A stretch of DNA of 64,000 nucleotides, from positions 7,254,001 through 7,318,000 of the forward strand of contig OZ249450.1 of assembly GCA_965235115.1 (NCBI GenBank). The letters are read 5' to 3'. Below, piece by piece: positions 10,404-20,153 of the stretch. A program made the position numbers and the translations under genes. The notes below the pieces were generated by a model that saw nothing but the letters and a program-made list of their open reading frames with translations, ran no database searches and was not told where the DNA came from. The DNA is from Laetmonice hystrix. Taxonomy: Eukaryota. How positions within the stretch are numbered: position 1 is the stretch's first letter; each line of letters starts with the position of its first letter.

Positions 10404-11676
10404 AGCTACTGTCCCACTGCGCCGTTTAACGATTCCGTCTGAAAAACGAAGGCGTACGTTTATTGGACGTTGTCATTCGTTTTTAATTCGTTTTTCAGCT
10501 GGTTTTCAGACGTATCTAGACGTTGACAGACGGCGCTAGCCGTTTTAAACTTTGAACATGTTCAAAGTTTGAAACGGCCAGCTTCCGATCGCGATTGGCG
10601 GTTCTCATATGTTACTCTGGCGGTTTTTTGCCGTTTTCATCGTTACTCAGGCGGAATCTTACCGGTTTTTAGACTTTTATGGCTGTTGGGCAGGCGGACA
10701 GCTCGTCCGCCTCCAGCCATGGAACGCACCATACGTCTATGGAACGGTGAAACCGGCAAGAAAACAGCTGAATAACGTCCTAGAAACAGTCAGGTAACGA
10801 ATACATGAGCGCCTGGTCTCAGGCCAAAGACAGTCCTTGCAACGGTAAAAACGGATGGATACGGATAGAGGAACGTCTATCAACGTCTAATCACGTCTGA
10901 ATAACGGTCAAAACGCAGACAAAATGTTAGAGATAAGTGCGAGAAACGCCTTGGCAACGGCCAGACGGGCAGAAACGGACATCCAGCTGAAAAAGCTTGG
11001 GTCCTGCGTACCTAAAACTTCTCACAACAACACTTTTTAAAATAATGAAAAAAAATGAAATTTCACCCTCATAGCCAAGTTGGGGCCGTTTTTTTTGTTT
11101 ACTTTTCCACCGTGAGCAAGGGTGAGCTGAGCTGAGCAGCCGTTTTGCTCACTGTTTTCGTTTTTTCGGGTGTTTTTTTTTTCGTGAGCTTGCTCACCAT
11201 GAGCACGCCTCATGAAAAAAAAAACAACTTAAAAAAACACGAAAATGATGAGAATGACCTCATGCTCACCCTTGCTCAGCTCAGCTCACCAAAAAACCGG
11301 GCTGGGCCTTCTCGGCCCACAGAACGATCGATGTGGACTGTCCACGAGCTACGACTGTTGTGAGGAGGCGATGGGCGGAGCTTGGCCTTTTTTAAGACGG
11401 AAACTGAATGATGATAGACGTTTTTCAGCCGTTTTGTTCGTTACTCATACTTAAGCAGACGTTAATCAGGCGTTCGATGTTCCGTAAGCTGGGCTGAATG
11501 AAGACGTTACTCATACTTAAGCAGACGTTTCTCAGACGTATTTAGACGTTACCTATTCGTTTCTATCTACCGTTCTTGGCAAAAAAAAATGAATTTGCCG
11601 CCGTCTGACACCGTCTGACGTAAATATGTAGACGGAGGCAGACGGAATGGTTAAACGGCGGTATGGGACAGGGGCT
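10404..11676. mobile_element. Non-autonomous TIR element (PIF/Harbinger-like MITE) with internal palindromic repeats
   Basis: Imperfect TIRs AGCTACTGTCCCACTGCGCCGTTTAAC and (reverse complement) AGCCCCTGTCCCATACCGCCGTTTAAC. Flanks are TAA and TTA. No coding capacity; GTGAGC inverted repeats at about 11110-11290. Confidence 0.65.
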
Positions 11677-11751
11677 TTACGTTTTCAACACTCGCTTTGC
11701 GGACTCGAGTAATTGTATGATCACTCTCGGTTTACTGACAATTAATTTTTC

Positions 11752-12095
11752 CATCACACAAACACACAATATTCCTTTGTAGAAAAACTTTTATTTCCAC
11801 TGGCCAACTCGCAGAAAATCTGAAGCCGAATATTTTACAAAGTACATGCTACACGAGTTGGCCTATCATATGTTCAACACATAGCCTGACCTTCAAAGCT
11901 ACTCCCCCGAAACTTCGGGGATGAGCAGCCTTACTTTGATTTGGTACAGGAAAGTTACTTAAATTGATAGTTCTTATGTCTTAATGTTAACTACGTCAAA
12001 TTTTACATGGGAACATTCTTTGGGGATCAATTTTGACCCCCTTTTAATTGGACAAAATTACCTTACCCCTACAGGTCAGGGCCCGAACCCGCCAA
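11752..12095 (-). repeat. Ngaro terminal repeat B2 (344 bp)
   Basis: Identical by eye to 12326-12669; contains a minus-strand AATAAA near its 3' end. Confidence 0.95.
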
Positions 12096-12129
12096 AACTT
12101 TTCCCAGGCGGAGACAGGGGAGGAGGGGG

Positions 12130-12669
12130 GAAAATCGTCCAACTTCTAGTCCGTCGTATCAGCAACTGGTCAACTCCAAATAGGAACCTCAATATATATA
12201 GCTCGCGGCCAAACATGCAGTACTTGACCCTTTCGACAGCCAGCTCAATCTCAACAATAGGTTATGTAACAATTGTTCGTGCTGATCGAAAATCCCATTT
12301 CGCTTTCAGGAAATGTCGGTTTTTTCATCACACAAACACACAATATTCCTTTGTAGAAAAACTTTTATTTCCACTGGCCAACTCGCAGAAAATCTGAAGC
12401 CGAATATTTTACAAAGTACATGCTACACGAGTTGGCCTATCATATGTTCAACACATAGCCTGACCTTCAAAGCTACTCCCCCGAAACTTCGGGGATGAGC
12501 AGCCTTACTTTGATTTGGTACAGGAAAGTTACTTAAATTGATAGTTCTTATGTCTTAATGTTAACTACGTCAAATTTTACATGGGAACATTCTTTGGGGA
12601 TCAATTTTGACCCCCTTTTAATTGGACAAAATTACCTTACCCCTACAGGTCAGGGCCCGAACCCGCCAA
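12130..12669 (-). repeat. Ngaro internal B1-A2 junction repeats
   Basis: 12326-12669 equals B and 12130-12325 equals A (18320-18515). The junction GTGTGATG|AAAAAACCG reproduces the end-to-end circle junction. Confidence 0.95.
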
Positions 12670-12696
12670 CCGGATGACCCGTCATCCCGGGCCCAC

Positions 12697-13599
12697 TCAA
12701 AACGACAACCTAATATACTTTCGAAAAGCATTAGAATTCCACCTGCCTAACAACCTAATCTGAGCGTCCGAATAACCTGCACTTGCGGCCTCGGATGCAG
12801 CCCCTATACGAAAACTGTGAGATTTAAACCTCGATACATCCAATCCCGAGACAAGGAAAATCTGCCTCAGCATCCCGTTCACCCGAGGATATGTTAGGGG
12901 GACACCCATAGAGGAAACAAAAAGGGGTCCCGGGGCATCCCCCCGTCTAGACAAAAATGACTGCAATAATCGGACCGGACAAGAAACAGGATCCAAAGCA
13001 TACGACAACTTAACCTGCTGCTCAACCGCTGATGCCTTTGATACCGGAAGGAGAACCGTCACCCCACTGTGGTCAAACAGCAATCCCCCTACCTGGACAA
13101 CCCTTGAGGAATCCTTGTGAACCAACTCCCCGAGCCTGAAGAAACCGTGAAACGCCATAGCGACCAAAGCTCTAATGAGGCAGACCTGATAAGGATCTGG
13201 GAAGATCAATGGGACATTAATACAGATTTGTCGCAAAAGTGATAACGTAATCGGCAATCGAACATCTGCCGTGCTGAATTGCTTACGAACCCCCTGGAGC
13301 AATTTCTTGATGACCATAGACTCTGTTGGGTCCGAGAGGCAGTTCACCTTATGGATATAAGCAAGAGCCGACACCTGCGCTGCAATAGTCGAGTAAGCCA
13401 ACCCGCCCTTTAGTAGATGAGCTATAAAATACATGATATCTACCACCTGATATGGCAAAGAAGGAACCTCACCCCTCATGGTCTGAACAAACAAAACATA
13501 TTTCTGCCAAACCTTCTCATATCTAACCCAGGTCGAGGAAGACAGTGACCCCCTCAGGGCATGCACTACCAGGGGTAGGAGGTTATCGGTTGTGTCCAT
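12697..13599 (-). CDS. Tyrosine recombinase (Ngaro integrase), 300 aa
   Basis: Intact ORF with catalytic motifs AFHGFFRLGEL (R), VSKA (K), SHSFRIGAA (HxxR) and LGRWNSNAFRKYIR (W, Y). Overlaps pol by 34 nt. Confidence 0.96.
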   Translation of the reverse strand: MDTTDNLLPLVVHALRGSLSSSTWVRYEKVWQKYVLFVQTMRGEVPSLPYQVVDIMYFIAHLLKGGLAYSTIAAQVSALAYIHKVNCLSDPTESMVIKKLLQGVRKQFSTADVRLPITLSLLRQICINVPLIFPDPYQVCLIRALVAMAFHGFFRLGELVHKDSSRVVQVGGLLFDHSGVTVLLPVSKASAVEQQVKLSYALDPVSCPVRLLQSFLSRRGDAPGPLFVSSMGVPLTYPRVNGMLRQIFLVSGLDVSRFKSHSFRIGAASEAASAGYSDAQIRLLGRWNSNAFRKYIRLSF

Positions 13600-15497
13600 G
13601 GGTCGAAATTCGCCGGGGCTATCCAGGCCGGTATCTGACGTGGAAGGAATGCCGCATGCGGCGATGATTCTCGGAAGTCCTGGAACTTAAAACGTGAGAG
13701 AGCATCAGCTCCAACATTTAATACACCTGGAATATGTTCGGCCCGTATTACGACATTATACCGTAAACCCAAGAGAAAAAGGACCCGAAGCAACGGTATC
13801 ACATCCCGGGACCTAGCATACTGTCGATTTATGATGTGGACCAATGCTTGATTGTCAATATGAAGAAGAATAGATCTATTGGTCAATTGCGGACCCCATA
13901 TAGCCAATGCCAGGACAAGTGGATATGCCTCCAAAACCAGAATGCCCTTACTGACCCAATGGCTGTGCCATCTTCCACACACCCATTCATTCCCACACAA
14001 CACTCCAAAACCCACTTCCGTAGAGGCATCCGTATACAAATGAACATCCTGATCCGAATTAACGGACTCCATCAAAAAAAACGAACATCCATTAAATCCT
14101 GACAGGAACGTCGACCAAATAGCAAGATCCTCCTTTGCCTGGACCGTTAAGCGTAACTTGAAGTGGGGGCGGGCAACCTTCTGGGTCAGGGAATATAGGG
14201 CGGCCATAAACGGGCGTCCTGGAACAATAACCCGACAAGCAAAATTTAAATACCCCAATAACTGCTGCAGATCTCTCAAAGTGACCTTCTTCTTAGACTT
14301 CACCCGTTCTATACAAGCAACAAACTTCTCCACCTTCTCATCCGGCAAACGGAAAAAGGAACTCGGGACATTCAGCGTTATACCTAGGAATTCCAAAATT
14401 TGGCTAGGCCCCTCCGTTTTGTCATGGGCAATGGGTATACCAGCCTTATCACACATGTCTATAAATACCCTAAGATCCCTAGCACACCGCTCCCTTGTAG
14501 GAGCTACAAAGAGGAAATCATCCAACACATGGATACAGGTATAAACATGGAGGTGGTAAATCGCCAAGTACTCCAACGACGTACTGAACCTCTCAAAAAT
14601 AGCACAAGACGATCCTGCCCCCATTGGAAGCGTGGTTTCATAATAGTACGAACCCTGCCATGAGAATCCCAACAAATAATAGTCCGAAGGGTGGATGGGA
14701 ATGATCTTAAAAGCCGATTTTATATCGGTCTTTGCCAAAAAGGCCCTCTTGCCGATCTTTCTAATGGCCCCAACCGCATCATCTAAGGTGGCATACGTAA
14801 CACTTTTCTCCTCAATCGGAATGTTAACATTCACCGACGACAGGGCACCAAACGGGTGAGAAAGATTGTGAATAAATCTATATTCCCCAGGATGTTTTTT
14901 GGGCTCAAGGCGAACAGGGGAACACTGGAAAATGTCGAACGGAGGAGTGGCATAAGGTCCCGATATTCTCCCCAAATGCCTCTCCTTGTCAATTTTACTT
15001 GCCATAATAACCACCTGGTCCTTAGTCATCCGTGGGTTCTTGACATCAAGGACCGACTCAGTCAAATGAGCTGCATACCCTAACCTAAACCCTTGGAAAA
15101 ACCCCGTAGAAAGATATCGGACGTCCACACAAGGGTAGCCAAGTTGAATTAGGAACGGCTCCAAGACCTTGAAATCAACTGGAGTTGGAAGAGACCATCT
15201 GAGCCCTTGAATACCACGATCACTCTTTGCCCCTTTTGTCATAACTTTTGGGCTTAGTCCCCTTATCCTGGTCCCATACCGGCCGACTCGCTCCCGAGGA
15301 CCTAGGGTTAACCCGCGAACTACAGGCGGACTGCGAATGGGGCCCCTTACACCGAGGGCACCGATGGCTGAACTGGCACCCTTGTTTGAGGCATACTCCC
15401 GAGCGGTGAAAAGCAAAACAGTGTCCCTTTGGTATGAACCCCGTTTCTCCTCCCCCTGACGGGGCAGGCAACCTACGACGAGAGAGGAGGAGAGCAT
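13566..15497 (-). CDS. Reverse transcriptase / RNase H polyprotein (Ngaro pol), 643 aa
   Basis: RFIHNLSHP, KTDIKSAFKIIPIHP, LPMGAGSSCAIFE, HVLDDFL, LEFLGI; RNase H LYTDAS...LEAYP...IDNQAL...HIPGVLNVGADALSR. Intact; the true start is uncertain. Confidence 0.96.
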   Translation of the reverse strand: MLSSSLVVGCLPRQGEEKRGSYQRDTVLLFTAREYASNKGASSAIGALGVRGPIRSPPVVRGLTLGPRERVGRYGTRIRGLSPKVMTKGAKSDRGIQGLRWSLPTPVDFKVLEPFLIQLGYPCVDVRYLSTGFFQGFRLGYAAHLTESVLDVKNPRMTKDQVVIMASKIDKERHLGRISGPYATPPFDIFQCSPVRLEPKKHPGEYRFIHNLSHPFGALSSVNVNIPIEEKSVTYATLDDAVGAIRKIGKRAFLAKTDIKSAFKIIPIHPSDYYLLGFSWQGSYYYETTLPMGAGSSCAIFERFSTSLEYLAIYHLHVYTCIHVLDDFLFVAPTRERCARDLRVFIDMCDKAGIPIAHDKTEGPSQILEFLGITLNVPSSFFRLPDEKVEKFVACIERVKSKKKVTLRDLQQLLGYLNFACRVIVPGRPFMAALYSLTQKVARPHFKLRLTVQAKEDLAIWSTFLSGFNGCSFFLMESVNSDQDVHLYTDASTEVGFGVLCGNEWVCGRWHSHWVSKGILVLEAYPLVLALAIWGPQLTNRSILLHIDNQALVHIINRQYARSRDVIPLLRVLFLLGLRYNVVIRAEHIPGVLNVGADALSRFKFQDFRESSPHAAFLPRQIPAWIAPANFDPWTQPITSYPW

Positions 15498-16761
15498 CTA
15501 AAGAGAGGTCGAGATTCATCTTACCCCAAGTTACAACACCCTCTGACACACAACGCCTGTAACTCTCATCATATGTCAACCAGTCACCCCCTGCTGCCGC
15601 AATCTTCTTCACATGTTGCTGATGCGCTATTAAGCTTTCCGATAAATGCGGCTTTGCCTTAATCAGTATCGCATGATACCGCGCAAAGGCTCTGTCCCAC
15701 TCCATAATGGACCTTATTTTATCACTGGGGCAGGTATTCATGACAAAATGAGGATGGGCCTCATCAGGATGTACTTCAAACTGGAGGGATGTTTCCTGCT
15801 TAAAAATGAGCGAGGAAAGATCAATAAACCGACCCTCCCATATCTTATTCTTTAAAGAATCCGAAATTCCCGTTACTAATGAAGTCATACCTGTGTTCAA
15901 TTCCGATTGAATATCTATACATGGTTCACCCTGAACGGCAGCCGAACCCTGTCGCATGACCCCGAGGACATCGGCCTGACTCCGGACCCCCGCTGCTGCG
16001 GAGGCCCTAGCCCCTTGTCCGACAACTGCCGGAACTGACGCATACCGCTCGTCGGATCGCATAGGCGAGGATGGCGGCGCACCTGCAGCTGCAGATGGCC
16101 GACAGCTTCCGACACTTGAGACCCTGGGTAAGGAACGAACTTGGCCATCCCCATCTACCGTAGGCGATTCGTTGACCAAGCTATTTCCCTGGAGCCCTAG
16201 CGACTTCAGAGCCCCAGACACTCCTTGCTCTATTGCCTGAGCCATCCCTTGTAGTATCGCCTCTGCCATCACCTCTGCAGACGTCTTCTCCGGAGGCTGG
16301 TTCGGCCCACTTTCCCGACGGCACTCATCACTTGCAGGTCCGACTCTTGGCTCTCGACACCCTGCTCTTGAGCCCCGGCCCCGGCCCCGGCCCCGCCGGA
16401 CCTGGCCCGGACGCCCTCGCCTTGCACCTTGAGCTGCCGTAACCTTGCCTTTTGGCCGAGGTTGAGCTGCCACTCCTGCCTTTGACCCCCGAACTGGCCG
16501 AGTCCTCAGGCCCTGGCGCCTGGATCGAGTACCCCGACCCTTCGACACAGGCAGTTGAGCCATGGGCGACGAGTCTTCATGGCTCTGAGGTAACGCTGGT
16601 TCTGCGTCGTGGTGGACCAAGACCGACACCTCCAGCTCCTGATCCCCGGACTCCTCCTGGGGCGAAAAATCGTCATCCGGATCGGGCTCGACATCCTGGC
16701 TCCTCAGCCTCTTCAAGGGGGGTGAAAACTCCCTGCAATGATATTTTAAATAAAGACACAA
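15220..16761 (-). CDS. Gag-like ORF of the Ngaro element with a C-terminal Cys/His zinc finger
   Basis: Open frame of 513 codons with KIWEGRFIDLSSL, WDRAFARYHAIL, WLTYDESYRR and CFAFHRSGVC...CQFSHRCPRCKGPHSQSAC. The first ATG is at 16563, and a splice-acceptor-like site precedes 16732. Confidence 0.9.
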   Translation of the reverse strand: MCLYLKYHCREFSPPLKRLRSQDVEPDPDDDFSPQEESGDQELEVSVLVHHDAEPALPQSHEDSSPMAQLPVSKGRGTRSRRQGLRTRPVRGSKAGVAAQPRPKGKVTAAQGARRGRPGQVRRGRGRGRGSRAGCREPRVGPASDECRRESGPNQPPEKTSAEVMAEAILQGMAQAIEQGVSGALKSLGLQGNSLVNESPTVDGDGQVRSLPRVSSVGSCRPSAAAGAPPSSPMRSDERYASVPAVVGQGARASAAAGVRSQADVLGVMRQGSAAVQGEPCIDIQSELNTGMTSLVTGISDSLKNKIWEGRFIDLSSLIFKQETSLQFEVHPDEAHPHFVMNTCPSDKIRSIMEWDRAFARYHAILIKAKPHLSESLIAHQQHVKKIAAAGGDWLTYDESYRRCVSEGVVTWGKMNLDLSLDALLLSRRRLPAPSGGGETGFIPKGHCFAFHRSGVCLKQGCQFSHRCPRCKGPHSQSACSSRVNPRSSGASRPVWDQDKGTKPKSYDKRGKE

Positions 16762-16900
16762 CCAAAGGCCTCTTTATAAACCATATTTCTTGACCAATAC
16801 TTTCTTCACATACAAAAACCCACACCGAACTGTCCTTCTACAAACGTGCTCCTGACCGAGAGCTCCCGGCATCAGGATCATACTGATCAATCAACAAAAA

Positions 16901-17506
16901 CTATCGGCTACTCTGACTGGTCTTAGCCATGTCCTTCATGGTCCTAATGAGCAAGGACCTAATGCTCTTATATAACTTAAAATTTCCTTTCTGGCTCAAA
17001 TGCACTCCATCCCTGTGCATTATTCCCACAGCATCCTGGAGCCTAGGGTGCCTCCAATACACCACACCCTGAACCTCTACCACAACTTCCTTGAGCCATC
17101 TATTGAGCTGCACTACCCTTCTAGAATACTCTGGTGTGACAGGGGGGTATACTGCCCGATTTACCGCACTGCATATGAGGACCCTGAATACCCCATACTC
17201 CTTCACCGCCTTTTCCGCCATCCCTAATAACCTGTCCCCTACTGTCCATGACTGGCATTCTTGCAAACACAAATCATTGCCGCCGATCTGGAAGACAAGT
17301 ATATGTGGCTGAAATTGGGTCAACCAGCTCCATATGTGCTGATCCAGATGCCTCATTGTACCCCCTCCGATCCATTCAAAACTCATCCTGATATCTTCCA
17401 ACCCAAAGTTTTGAGATCTGCCAGTCATATTGATGAAGTCCGCCAGTCTCCTCACATACGAATCGCCAACGATCAAGGCCCGGAGGGGCAACACTTCGAT
17501 CTCCAT
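16901..17506 (-). CDS. SGNH/GDSL-family hydrolase (esterase) carried inside the Ngaro element, 201 aa
   Basis: Block I IVGDSY, block II IGGG, block III QIGGNDL, block V RDGVHLSQKGN. The Ser-Asp-His triad is intact. Lies between A1 and gag. Confidence 0.9.
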   Translation of the reverse strand: MEIEVLPLRALIVGDSYVRRLADFINMTGRSQNFGLEDIRMSFEWIGGGTMRHLDQHIWSWLTQFQPHILVFQIGGNDLCLQECQSWTVGDRLLGMAEKAVKEYGVFRVLICSAVNRAVYPPVTPEYSRRVVQLNRWLKEVVVEVQGVVYWRHPRLQDAVGIMHRDGVHLSQKGNFKLYKSIRSLLIRTMKDMAKTSQSSR

Positions 17507-17739
17507 GCTCACACCGCACTACATAAGGAAAAAACACAATCGGATTATCCCAATATTGCCCATTAACACATTATGCATACGCTATAATAGGCTGGTATAC
17601 TTCCACACACATCAGCTAATCTAATACACCCGGCCGAGCATACCTTCCGAAAGGCTACCTGTCCAGGCATAGGCCTATACCTTACAGGGGGACTGTCACC
17701 GGCAGAGATCTATGCTGCCATGACACGTAAACCTAAAAA

Positions 17740-18100
17740 GCGACCCCAAAATAAACTATACCCTGGCATACACACCAAAGGGTTACCTTCACAAAACAAA
17801 CTACACCCTGGCATATCACACCTAATGGGCACTTTCATAAATTGCACTACATTCCGGCATACCACACCAAAGGGGGCATACCACACCAAAGGGGTGCCTT
17901 CATAAACCAAACTACACCCTGGCATACCACACCCAATAGGCACCTTCATAAATTGCACTACATTCCGGCATACCACACCAAAAGGGGGCATACCACACCT
18001 AAGGGGTACCTTCACAAACCAAACTACACCCTGGCATACCACACCTAATGGGTACCTTAATAAATTGCACTACCTTCCGGCATACCACACCTCGCAAGGC
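17740..18100. repeat. About 111-bp tandem repeat x3 built from GGCATACCACACC sub-units in the Ngaro 5' region
   Basis: ATTGCACTAC recurs at 17841, 17952 and 18064. Confidence 0.85.
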
Positions 18101-18319
18101 ATAACTAAACCCCAGCATACACACCGAAAAGGCTCTTCAGAAAACGAATACCCAGGCAACCACACGAACGGGACGCATGTATACACCATTAAACTCATAA
18201 AGGTAGCAAGCACATAACTGCGCTTGTTGAATACTCCAAAGCGTATAATAAATTCAAACTTAGCTACATGTCCACAGTCGATCCCAACTTCGTCCACAAA
18301 TTCGCTCACAAAAACGCCT

Positions 18320-18515
18320 GAAAATCGTCCAACTTCTAGTCCGTCGTATCAGCAACTGGTCAACTCCAAATAGGAACCTCAATATATATAGCTCGCGGCC
18401 AAACATGCAGTACTTGACCCTTTCGACAGCCAGCTCAATCTCAACAATAGGTTATGTAACAATTGTTCGTGCTGATCGAAAATCCCATTTCGCTTTCAGG
18501 AAATGTCGGTTTTTT
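18320..18515 (-). repeat. Ngaro terminal repeat A1
   Basis: Identical by eye to 12130-12325; contains a TATATATA motif. Confidence 0.95.
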
Positions 18516-18755
18516 CTTCTTTGACCCACAATTTTTCTTGTCGGATAGCTGTCTTAACAGGGGCTTGTGCTTTCGGAGTTTACTCTTATAGGTGTTGGAG
18601 ATAGGAATCACACCGTACAATACGTTTGCGGCCACTTGAGTGATGCATTTCACTTGTTCATCAGAGAGGGTATTGAGTAGAACCTTGACTTGAGTTAGAG
18701 TACTACTGGTAACGAGATCTACAAACGACCAGCATTTCCTCGTAACGCCTGACAT
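18516..18755 (-). pseudogene. Polinton small basic (core-like) protein, 5' part; the 3' part is at 11751-11677
   Basis: MSGVTRKCWSFV...VKCITQVAANVLYGVIPIS...KLRKHKPLLRQLSDKKNCGSKK resembles the small basic ORF next to Polinton ATPases. It continues in frame beyond the Ngaro element as EKLIVSKPRVIIQLLESAKRVLKT*. Confidence 0.7.
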
Positions 18756-18794
18756 CCTTTCCACTTTACTTCATCACTTCCACCAGAGCCCTCT

Positions 18795-19128
18795 CATGGG
18801 TGGATCCAGCGTTTTCCGTTATGGGGGGGGGGTCAACGTGTTTAGAGGTAACACAGACGTAACAGGGGGGTCGGGGGCATTCCCCCGGAAAATTTTGAAA
18901 TTCAAGGTGTAATTTGCTGCAATCCGATGCATTTATAAGCTATTCGATGACCAATGTGACCAAGGGCAAAAGGGCCTCCTCAAGTCCAACAGCATCTTTA
19001 GGTGGTTTTTATCTTGTGACTGAAAGAAAAAAACTTCTAAATTATAATGTTAAGTTAAAATGTGTGTATCTGCAAAATTTTAGGGGGCGTCGAACCCCCT
19101 GACCCCCCCCCCCCCCGATCCGCCAGTG
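18795..19128. mobile_element. MITE with CA...TG ends and a 5-bp TSD (Transib-like)
   Basis: TIRs CATGGGTGGATCC and (reverse complement) CACTGGCGGATCG. TSD CCTCT at 18790-18794 and 19129-19133. Confidence 0.75.
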
Positions 19129-19132
19129 CCTC

Positions 19133-19740
19133 TTAAAACTTCATTATGTACACTATGCAATCTTCACCGGGAAAGATTCTTGTTCTCAATCTGAACTTTC
19201 TATCTGCCTTGGTTGAATTGTCCACGACTAAGTAACTAAATGGTTCAGACATACAATCCTGATAGGCTTGGAAAAAGTAATTTGATTTGTGTGGAAACAG
19301 TTGTTTCCCAAGGTGCATAACCTGAGATTCGTCGCGTAGGTTCCAGAAAAGAACGATAAAGGATGAATTAAGTGAAATCGTTCTAGCACTTTTGCCTTAC
19401 TGAAACACGTTTTGAGAAATAAATATAACGCTCATGTTCCTATGATGACATCCCTGAGTAAAAAGTAATTCCATGCTCTCATCATTAACGACTTTATGCA
19501 TAAGATCGTCTAGGCACACGAGTTTATGCTTTCGTCCGTCACCACCAAACGTTTGTATATCAGACTGATCTGGAATACCGTGATGTAAGGTTATATTTAG
19601 GATGTTTGCCTCCATTTCTTCAAAGAGTGGTTGCCAAATACTATAACAATACACAATTTCTTGAGGGGGATCTTCGGAGAAAAACCCCGTTAAAAACAGA
19701 CTTTGACGTTCCCACCAAGGTTGGTTACCGATATCCATGT
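19133..19740 (-). pseudogene. Polinton A32-like DNA packaging ATPase (second lineage)
   Basis: PPQEIVYCYSIWQPLF...KLVCLDDLM (Walker B)...CHHRNMSVIFISQNVFQ...RTISLNSSFIVLF...PFSYLVVD...FRLRTRIFPGE. One stop, and Walker A is degraded. Confidence 0.92.
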
Positions 19741-19835
19741 TTTAAAAAAAAATTGTATTAGGAAGGTTCTCGTCATTCCTCTTATAGAAAAGACACAACA
19801 CTTATCTCATAGTTGTATGTATATCCTTTTTTTAT

Positions 19836-20033
19836 TTACAAGTTAGTAACAATAGTCTGTTTCCTCTTCATCCTCATTTCATAAACGCGCCAAAGTGCGA
19901 AAGCAAATGGAAATGCAAAAATTCCTAGCGCGGCAGTCAAATCCCTCCAAAGAACATCAAACATCTCCGGATCCTTAAATATCGATGGGCGCGTTGTGAT
20001 GAAGCCATCGATGCTTATATTAGGATAAATCAT
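19836..20033 (-). CDS. Small single-pass membrane protein (65 aa) upstream of the ATPase
   Basis: Open ATG-TAA frame with hydrophobic LTAALGIFAFPFAFALW followed by basic RMKRKQ, co-oriented with the neighbouring Polinton genes. No homology recognised. Confidence 0.4.
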   Translation of the reverse strand: MIYPNISIDGFITTRPSIFKDPEMFDVLWRDLTAALGIFAFPFAFALWRVYEMRMKRKQTIVTNL

Positions 20034-20153
20034 CTTTAGTGTGAGGAGTTTCCCCCCTTTTATTCTTACGCACTCTTTTATAGACTTTTAGATATACAAA
20101 TGAAAGGACGTACAAATATTGCTTTGAGGCATTTTTATTTTTTTCACATTTTG

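Larger units (their letters stand above)
11752..18515 (-). mobile_element. Full-length Ngaro-type tyrosine-recombinase (DIRS-order) retrotransposon with split direct repeats
   Basis: Minus-strand layout A1(18515-18320), SGNH, gag, RT/RH, YR, B1(12669-12326), A2(12325-12130), 34-bp spacer, B2(12095-11752). Repeat copies look identical by eye. No TSD, and no methyltransferase domain after RNase H. Confidence 0.95.

Noticed and set aside
17710-18042. 110-aa ORF in the Ngaro leader
   Set aside because: Derived from the 111-bp tandem repeat, with no ATG start or domain.
11752-18515. Classification as DIRS1-like or PAT-like
   Set aside because: It has split direct repeats rather than ITR/ICR, and no methyltransferase domain follows RNase H, which fits Ngaro.
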